A stretch of 64,000 nt of DNA from Eledone cirrhosa (taxonomy: Eukaryota). The translations under genes were made by a program, and so were the position numbers. Positions 52,001 through 61,200 of this stretch are shown here, piece by piece. Under the pieces are notes generated by a model. That model made no database searches, had not been told where the DNA came from, and saw only the letters and a list, made by a program, of their open reading frames with translations. How positions within the stretch are numbered: position 1 is the stretch's first letter; each line of letters opens with the position of its first letter. The DNA is taken from NCBI GenBank assembly GCA_964016885.1, contig OZ024741.1, positions 407,774,001 through 407,838,000 of the forward strand, written 5' to 3'.

Positions 52001-55000
52001 GTTGTTGGTAGTGTTGGTACTGGTAGTGTTGTTGGTAGTGTTGGTATTGGTGGTGTTGGTGGTAGCGTTGGTACTGGTGGTGTTGGTGGTAGTGTTGGTA
52101 CTGGTAGTCTTGTTGGTAGTGTTGGTATTGGTGGTGTTGGTGGTAGTGTTGGTACTGGTGGTGTTGGTGGTAGTGTTGGTACTGGTGGTGTTGGTGGTAG
52201 TGTTGGTACTGGTGGTGTTGGTGGTAGCGTTGGTACTGGTGGTGTTGGTGGTAGTGTTGGTACTGGTAGTGTTGTTGGTAGTGTTGGTACTGGTGGTGTT
52301 GGTGGTAGTGTTGGTACTGGTGGTGTTGGTGGTAGTGTTGGTACTGGTGGTGTTGGTGGTAGTGTTGGTAATGGTGGTGATGGTGGTAGTGTTGGTATTG
52401 GTGGTGTTGGTGGTAGTGTTGGTATTAGTGGTGTTGGTGGTAGCGTTGGTACTGGTGGTGTTGGTGGTAGTGTTGGTACTGGTAGTGTTGTTGGTAGTGT
52501 TGGTACTGGTGGTGTTGGTGGTAGTGTTGGTACTGGTGGTGTTGGTGGTGGTGTTGGTACTGATACTGGTGGTGTTGGTGGTAGTGTTGGTACTGGTGGT
52601 GTTGGTGGTAGTGTTGGAACTGGTACTGGTGGTGGTAGTGTTGGTATTGGTGGTGTTGGTGGTAGTGTTGGTACTGGTGGTGTTGGTGGTAGTGTTGGTA
52701 CTGGTGGTGTTGGTGGTAGTGTTGGTACTGGTGGTGTTGGTGGTAGCCTTGGTACTGGTACTGGTGGTGTTGGTTGTAGTGTTGGTACTGGTGGTGTTGG
52801 TGTTAGTGTTGGCACTGGTGGTGTTGGTGGTAGTTTTGGTACTGGTGTTGTTGGTGGTAGTCTTGGCACTGGTGATGTTGGTGGTAGTGTTGGTACAGGT
52901 GATGTTGGTGGTAGTGTTGGTATTGGTGGTGTTGGTGGTAGTGTTGGTACTGGTACTGGTGGTGTTGGTGGTAGTGTTGGTACTGGTACTGGTAGTGTTG
53001 GTGGTTGTGTTGGTACTGGTGGTGTTGGTGGTAGTGTTGGTACTGGTAGTGTTGGTGGTAGTGTTGGTACAGGTGGTAGTGTTGGTATTGGTGGTGTTGG
53101 TGGTAGTTTTGGTACTGGTGGTGTTGGTGGTAGTGTTGGTACTGGTGGTGTTGGTGGAAGTGTTGGTACTGGTGGTGTTGGTGGTAGTGTTGGTATTGGT
53201 GGTGTTGGTGGTAGTGTTGGTACTGGTGGTGTTGGTGGTAGTGTTGGTATTGGTGGTGATGGTGGTAGTGTTGGTATTGGTGGTGTTGGTGGTAGTGTTG
53301 GTAATAGTGGTGTTGGTGGTAGTGTTGGTACTGGTGGTGTTGGTGGTGGTGTTGGTACTGGTACTTGTGGTGTTGGTGGTAGTGTTGGTACTGGTGGTGT
53401 TGGTGGTAGTGTTGATACTGGTGGTGTTGGTGGTAATGTTGGTATTGGTGGTGTAGGTGGTAGTGTTGTTACTGGTGGTGTTGGTCGTAGTGTTGGTGCT
53501 GGTGTGGTTGGTGGTAGTGTTGTTACTGGTACTGGTGGTGTTGGTGGTAGTGTTGGTACTGGTATTGGTGGTGTTGGTGGTAGTGTTGGTACTGGTGGTG
53601 TTGGTGGTAGTGTTGGTACTGGTGGTGTTGGTGGTAGTGTTAGTACTGGTACTGGTGCTGTTGGTGATAGTGTTGGTATTGGTGGTGTTGGTGGTACTGT
53701 TGGTACTGGTGGTGTTGGTGGTAGTGTTGGTACTGGTGGTGTTGGTGGAAGTGTTGGTACTGGTGGTGTTGGTGGTAGTGTTGGTATTGGTGGTGTTGGT
53801 GGTAGTGTTGGTACTGGTGGTGTTGGTGGTAGTGTTGGTGCTGGTATTGGTGGTGTTGATGGTAGTGTTGGTACTGGTGGTGTTGGTGGTGGTGTTGGTG
53901 GTGGTGTTGGTGGTAGTGTTGTTTCTGGTGGTGTTGGTGGAAGTGTTGGTATTGGTGGTGTTGGTGGTAGTGTTGGTATTGGTGGTGTTGGTGGTAGTGT
54001 TGGTACTGGTGGTGTTGGTGGTAGTGGTGGTATTGGTGGTGTTGGTGGTAGTGTTGGTATAGGTGGTGTTGGTGGTAGTGTTGGTACTGGTGGTGTTGGT
54101 GGTAGTGGTGGTATTGGTGGTGTTGGTGGTAGTGTTGTTATAGGTGGTGTTGGTGGTAGAGTTGGTAATGTTACTGGTGGTGTTGGTGGTAGTGTTGGTA
54201 TTGGTGGTGTTGGTGGTAGTGTTGGTACTGGTGGTGTTGGTGGTAGTGTTGGTACTGGTGGTGTTGGTGGTAGTGTTAGTACTGGTACTGGTGGTGTTGG
54301 TGATAGTGTTGGTATTGGTGGTGTTGGTGGTATTGTTGGTACTGGTGGTGTTGGTGGTAGTGTTGGTACTGGTGGTGTTGGTGGAAGTGTTGGTGCTGGT
54401 GGTGTTGGTGGTAGTGTTGGTATTGGTGGTGTTGGTGGTAGTGTTGGTATTGGTGGTGTTGGTGGTAGTGTTGGTAATGGTGGTGATGGTGGTAGTGTTG
54501 GTATTGGTGGTGTTGGTGGTAGTGTTGGTATTAGTGGTGTTGGTGGTAGTGTTGGTACTGGTGGTGTTGGTTGTGGTGTTGGTACTGGTACTGGTGGTGT
54601 TGGTGGTAGTGTTGGTACTGGTGGTGTTGGTGGTAGTGTTGGAACTGGTACTGGTGGTGGTAGTGTTGGTACTGGTGGTGTTGTTGGTAGTGTTGGTATT
54701 GGTGGTGTTGGTGGTAGTGTTGGTAATGGTCGTGTTGGTGGTAGTGTTGGTACTGGTGGTGTTGGTGGTAGCGTTGGTACTGGTGGTGTTTGTGGTAGTG
54801 TTGGTACTGGTGGTTTGGTGGTAATATTGGTACAGGTAGTGTTGGTGGTAGTGTTGATACTGGTGGTGTGTGTGGTAGTGTTGGTACAGGTGGTGTTGGT
54901 GGTAGTGTTGGTAATGGTCGTGTTGGTGGTAGTGTTGGTACTGGTGGTGTTGGTGGTAGTGTTGGTACTGGTGGTGTTTGTGGTAGTGTTGGTACTGGTG

Positions 55001-55249
55001 GTTTGGTGGTATTATTGGTACAGGTAGTGTTGGTGGTAGTGTTGGTACAGGTGGTGTTGGTGGTAGTGTTGGTACTGGTGGTGTTGGTGGTAGTGTTGGT
55101 ACTGGTGGTGGTGGTGGTAGTGTTGGTACTGGTGGTGTTGGTGGTAGTGTTGGTATTGGTACTGGTGGTGTTAGTGGTAGTGTTGGTACTGGAGGTGTTG
55201 GTGGTAGTGTTGGTACTGGTGGTGTTGGTGTTTGTGTTGGCACTGGTGG

Positions 55250-58200
55250 TGTTGTTGGTAGTGTTGGTACTGGTACTGGTAGTGTTGGTGGTAGTGTTTG
55301 TACTTGTACTTGTGGTGTTGGTGGTAGTGTTGGTACTGGTACTGTTTGTGTTGGTGGTAGTGTTGGTACTGGTACTGGTGGTGTTGGTGGTAGTGTTGGT
55401 AGTGGTACTGGTGGTGTTGGTGGTAGTATCTGTACTGGTACTGGTGGTGTTGGTGGTAGTGTTGGTACTGGTGGTGTTGGTGGTACTGTTGGTACTGGTG
55501 GTGTTGGTGTTGGTGGTAGTGTTGATACTGGTGGTTATGGTGGTAGTGTTGGTACTGGTGGTGTTGGTGGTAGTGTTGGTACTGGTGGTGTTGGTGGTAG
55601 TGCTGGCACTGGTGGTGTTGGTGGTAGTGTTGGTACTGGTGGTGTTAGTGGTAGTGTTGGCACTGGTGGTGTTGGTGGTAGTGTTGGTACTGGTGGTGTT
55701 GGTGGTAGTGTTGGTACTGGTGGTGTTGGGGGTAGTGTTGGTACTGGTGGTGTTGGTGGTAGTGTTGGTACTGGTGGTGTTGGTGGTAGCGTTGGTACTG
55801 GTGGTGTTGGTGGTAGTGTTGGTACTGGTAGTGTTGTTGGTAGTGTTGGTACTGGTGGTGTTGGTGGTAGTGTTGGTACTGGTGGTGTTGGTGGTAGTGT
55901 TGGTACTGGTGGTGTTGGTGGTAGTGTTGGTACTGGTAGTGTTGTTGGTAGTGTTGGTACTGGTAGTGTTGTTGGTAGTGTTGGTATTGGTGGTGTTGGT
56001 GGTAGTGTTGGTACTGGTGGTGTTGGTGGTAGTGTTGGTACTGGTGGTGTTGGTGGTAGTGTTGGTACTGGTGGTGTTGGTGGTAGCGTTGGTACTGGTG
56101 GTGTTGGTGGTAGTGTTGGTACTGGTAGTGTTGTTGGTAGTGTTGGTACTGGTGGTGTTGGTGGTAGTGTTGGTACTGGTGGTGTTGGTGGTAGTGTTGG
56201 TACTGGTGGTGTTGGTGGTAGTGTTGGTACTGGTAGTGTTGTTGGTAGTGTTGGTACTGGTAGTGTTGTTGGTAGTGTTGGTATTGGTGGTGTTGGTGGT
56301 AGCGTTGGTACTGGTGGTGTTGGTGGTAGTGTTGGTACTGGTAGTGTTGTTGGTAGTGTTGGTATTGGTGGTGTTGGTGGTAGTGTTGGTACTGGTGGTG
56401 TTGGTGGTAGTGTTGGTACTGGTGGTGTTGGTGGTAGTGTTGGTACTGGTGGTGTTGGTGGTAACGTTGGTACTGGTAGTGTTGTTGGTAGTGTTGGTAT
56501 TGGTGGTGTTGGTGGTAGCGTTGGTACTGGTGGTGTTGGTGGTAGTGTTGGTACTGGTAGTGTTGTTGGTAGTGTTGGTATTGGTGGTGTTGGTGGTAGT
56601 GTTGGTACTGGTGGTGTTGGTGGTAGTGTTGGTACTGGTGGTGTTGGTGGTAGTGTTGGTACTGGTGGTGTTGGTGGTAGCGTTGGTACTGGTGGTGTTG
56701 GTGGTAGTGTTGGTACTGGTAGTGTTGTTGGTAGTGTTGGTACTGGTGGTGTTGGTGGTAGTGTTGGTACTGGTGGTGTTGGTGGTAGTGTTGGTACTGG
56801 TGGTGTTGGTGGTAGTGTTGGTAATGGTGGTGATGGTGGTAGTGTTGGTATTGGTGGTGTTGGTGGTAGTGTTGGTATTAGTGGTGTTGGTGGTAGTGTT
56901 GGTACTGGTGGTGTTGGTGGTGGTGTTGGTACTGGTACTGGTGGTGTTGGTGGTAGTGTTGGAACTGGTACTGGTGGTGGTAGTGTTGGTATTGGTGGTG
57001 TTGGTGGTAGTGTTGGTACTGTTGGTGTTGGTGGTAGTGTTGGTACTGGTGGTGTTGGTGGTAGTGTTGGTACTGGTGGTGTTGGTGGTAGTGTTGGTAC
57101 TGGTGGTGTTGGTGGTAGTGTTGGTACTGGTGGTGTTGGTGGTAGTGTTGGTACTGGTGGTGTTGGTGGTAGTGTTGGTACTGGTGGTGTTGGTGGTAGT
57201 GTTGGTACTGGTGGTGTTGGTGGTAGTGTTGGTACTGGTGGTGTTGGTGGTAGCGTTGGTACTGGTGGTGTTGGTGGTAGTGTTGGTACTGGTAGTGTTG
57301 TTGGTAGTGTTGGTACTGGTGGTGTTGTTGGTAGTGTTGGTACTGGTGGTGTTGGTGGTAGTGTTGGTACAGGTGGTGTTGGTGGTAGTGTTGGTACTGG
57401 TGGTGTTGGTGGTAGTGTTGGTACTGGTAGTGTTGTTGGTAGTGTTGGTACTGGTGGTGTTGTTGGTAGTGTTGGTACTGGTGGTGTTGGTGGTAGTGTT
57501 GGTACAGGTGGTGTTGGTGGTAGTGTTGGTACTGGTGGTGTTGGTGGTAGTGTTGGTACTGGTAGTGTTGTTGGTAGTGTTGGTACTGGTACTGGTAGTG
57601 TTGGTGGTAGTGTTTGTACTTGTACTTGTGGTGTTGGTGGTAGTGTTGGTACTGGTACTGTTTGTGTTGGTGGTAGTGTTGGTACTGGTACTGGTGGTGT
57701 TGGTGGTAGTGTTGGTAGTGGTACTGGTGGTGTTGGTGGTAGTATCTGTACTGGTACTGGTGGTGTTGGTGGTAGTGTTGGTACTGGTGGTGTTGGTGGT
57801 ACTGTTGGTACTGGTGGTGTTGGTGTTGGTGGTAGTGTTGATACTGGTGGTTATGGTGGTAGTGTTGGTACTGGTGGTGTTGGTGGTAGTGTTGGTACTG
57901 GTGGTGTTGGTGGTAGTGCTGGCACTGGTGGTGTTGGTGGTAGTGTTGGTACTGGTGGTGTTAGTGGTAGTGTTGGCACTGGTGGTGTTGGTGGTAGTGT
58001 TGGTACTGGTGGTGTTGGTGGTAGTGTTGGTACTGGTGGTGTTGGGGGTAGTGTTGGTACTGGTGGTGTTGGTGGTAGTGTTGGTACTGGTGGTGTTGGT
58101 GGTAGCGTTGGTACTGGTGGTGTTGGTGGTAGTGTTGGTACTGGTAGTGTTGTTGGTAGTGTTGGTACTGGTGGTGTTGGTGGTAGTGTTGGTACTGGTG

Positions 58201-61200
58201 GTGTTGGTGGTAGTGTTGGTACTGGTGGTGTTGGTGGTAGTGTTGGTACTGGTAGTGTTGTTGGTAGTGTTGGTACTGGTAGTGTTGTTGGTAGTGTTGG
58301 TATTGGTGGTGTTGGTGGTAGTGTTGGTACTGGTGGTGTTGGTGGTAGTGTTGGTACTGGTGGTGTTGGTGGTAGTGTTGGTACTGGTGGTGTTGGTGGT
58401 AGCGTTGGTACTGGTGGTGTTGGTGGTAGTGTTGGTACTGGTAGTGTTGTTGGTAGTGTTGGTACTGGTGGTGTTGGTGGTAGTGTTGGTACTGGTGGTG
58501 TTGGTGGTAGTGTTGGTACTGGTGGTGTTGGTGGTAGTGTTGGTACTGGTAGTGTTGTTGGTAGTGTTGGTACTGGTAGTGTTGTTGGTAGTGTTGGTAT
58601 TGGTGGTGTTGGTGGTAGCGTTGGTACTGGTGGTGTTGGTGGTAGTGTTGGTACTGGTAGTGTTGTTGGTAGTGTTGGTATTGGTGGTGTTGGTGGTAGT
58701 GTTGGTACTGGTGGTGTTGGTGGTAGTGTTGGTACTGGTGGTGTTGGTGGTAGTGTTGGTACTGGTGGTGTTGGTGGTAACGTTGGTACTGGTAGTGTTG
58801 TTGGTAGTGTTGGTATTGGTGGTGTTGGTGGTAGCGTTGGTACTGGTGGTGTTGGTGGTAGTGTTGGTACTGGTAGTGTTGTTGGTAGTGTTGGTATTGG
58901 TGGTGTTGGTGGTAGTGTTGGTACTGGTGGTGTTGGTGGTAGTGTTGGTACTGGTGGTGTTGGTGGTAGTGTTGGTACTGGTGGTGTTGGTGGTAGCGTT
59001 GGTACTGGTGGTGTTGGTGGTAGTGTTGGTACTGGTAGTGTTGTTGGTAGTGTTGGTACTGGTGGTGTTGGTGGTAGTGTTGGTACTGGTGGTGTTGGTG
59101 GTAGTGTTGGTACTGGTGGTGTTGGTGGTAGTGTTGGTAATGGTGGTGATGGTGGTAGTGTTGGTATTGGTGGTGTTGGTGGTAGTGTTGGTATTAGTGG
59201 TGTTGGTGGTAGTGTTGGTACTGGTGGTGTTGGTGGTGGTGTTGGTACTGGTACTGGTGGTGTTGGTGGTAGTGTTGGAACTGGTACTGGTGGTGGTAGT
59301 GTTGGTATTGGTGGTGTTGGTGGTAGTGTTGGTACTGGTGGTGTTGGTGGTAGTGTTGGTACTGGTGGTGTTGGTGGTAGTGTTGGTACTGGTGGTGTTG
59401 GTGGTAGTGTTGGTACTGGTGGTGTTGGTGGTAGTGTTGGTACTGGTGGTGTTGGTGGTAGTGTTGGTACTGGTGGTGTTGGTGGTAGTGTTGGTACTGG
59501 TGGTGTTGGTGGTAGTGTTGGTACTGGTGGTGTTGGTGGTAGTGTTGGTACTGGTGGTGTTGGTGGTAGCGTTGGTACTGGTGGTGTTGGTGGTAGTGTT
59601 GGTACTGGTAGTGTTGTTGGTAGTGTTGGTACTGGTGGTGTTGTTGGTAGTGTTGGTACTGGTGGTGTTGGTGGTAGTGTTGGTACAGGTGGTGTTGGTG
59701 GTAGTGTTGGTACTGGTGGTGTTGGTGGTAGTGTTGGTACTGGTAGTGTTGTTGGTAGTGTTGGTACTGGTGGTGTTGTTGGTAGTGTTGGTACTGGTGG
59801 TGTTGGTGGTAGTGTTGGTACAGGTGGTGTTGGTGGTAGTGTTGGTACTGGTGGTGTTGGTGGTAGTGTTGGTACTGGTAGTGTTGTTGGTAGTGTTGGT
59901 ACTGGTACTGGTAGTGTTGGTGGTAGTGTTTGTACTTGTACTTGTGGTGTTGGTGGTAGTGTTGGTACTGGTACTGTTTGTGTTGGTGGTAGTGTTGGTA
60001 CTGGTACTGGTGGTGTTGGTGGTAGTGTTGGTAGTGGTACTGGTGGTGTTGGTGGTAGTATCTGTACTGGTACTGGTGGTGTTGGTGGTAGTGTTGGTAC
60101 TGGTGGTGTTGGTGGTACTGTTGGTACTGGTGGTGTTGGTGTTGGTGGTAGTGTTGATACTGGTGGTTATGGTGGTAGTGTTGGTACTGGTGGTGTTGGT
60201 GGTAGTGTTGGTACTGGTGGTGTTGGTGGTAGTGCTGGCACTGGTGGTGTTGGTGGTAGTGTTGGTACTGGTGGTGTTAGTGGTAGTGTTGGCACTGGTG
60301 GTGTTGGTGGTAGTGTTGGTACTGGTGGTGTTGGTGGTAGTGTTGGTACTGGTGGTGTTGGGGGTAGTGTTGGTACTGGTGGTGTTGGTGGTAGTGTTGG
60401 TACTGGTGGTGTTGGTGGTAGCGTTGGTACTGGTGGTGTTGGTGGTAGTGTTGGTACTGGTAGTGTTGTTGGTAGTGTTGGTACTGGTGGTGTTGGTGGT
60501 AGTGTTGGTACTGGTGGTGTTGGTGGTAGTGTTGGTACTGGTGGTGTTGGTGGTAGTGTTGGTACTGGTAGTGTTGTTGGTAGTGTTGGTACTGGTAGTG
60601 TTGTTGGTAGTGTTGGTATTGGTGGTGTTGGTGGTAGTGTTGGTACTGGTGGTGTTGGTGGTAGTGTTGGTACTGGTGGTGTTGGTGGTAGTGTTGGTAC
60701 TGGTGGTGTTGGTGGTAGCGTTGGTACTGGTGGTGTTGGTGGTAGTGTTGGTACTGGTAGTGTTGTTGGTAGTGTTGGTACTGGTGGTGTTGGTGGTAGT
60801 GTTGGTACTGGTGGTGTTGGTGGTAGTGTTGGTACTGGTGGTGTTGGTGGTAGTGTTGGTACTGGTAGTGTTGTTGGTAGTGTTGGTACTGGTAGTGTTG
60901 TTGGTAGTGTTGGTATTGGTGGTGTTGGTGGTAGCGTTGGTACTGGTGGTGTTGGTGGTAGTGTTGGTACTGGTAGTGTTGTTGGTAGTGTTGGTATTGG
61001 TGGTGTTGGTGGTAGTGTTGGTACTGGTGGTGTTGGTGGTAGTGTTGGTACTGGTGGTGTTGGTGGTAGTGTTGGTACTGGTGGTGTTGGTGGTAACGTT
61101 GGTACTGGTAGTGTTGTTGGTAGTGTTGGTATTGGTGGTGTTGGTGGTAGCGTTGGTACTGGTGGTGTTGGTGGTAGTGTTGGTACAGGTGGTGTTGGTG

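Larger units (their letters stand above)
29401..52954 (+). repeat. ~22.6-kb macro-repeat, copy 2 (one extra 2,316-bp unit; truncated at ~52954)
   Basis: Marker order is the same as in copy 1. The AGCCTT 27674/52745 offset of 25071 equals 22701+2316+54. The AAAAGT-containing segment that follows at ~27900-29400 is absent after 52954. Confidence 0.93.

Noticed and set aside
6-53456. Giant poly-Val/Leu ORFs on + (6..6806, 22131..29408, 44805..53456)
   Set aside because: The middle base of nearly every codon is the invariant T, so stops can hardly occur. Thousands of uninterrupted hydrophobic residues are not a plausible protein.
44468-55243. 3591-aa minus-strand ORF and similar Pro/Thr, His/Gln and Thr/Asn ORFs
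   Set aside because: They pass through three unrelated repeat registers at frameshifts, have arbitrary starts inside the repeat and contain no unique domain. Not called as CDS; kept only as an origin hypothesis.
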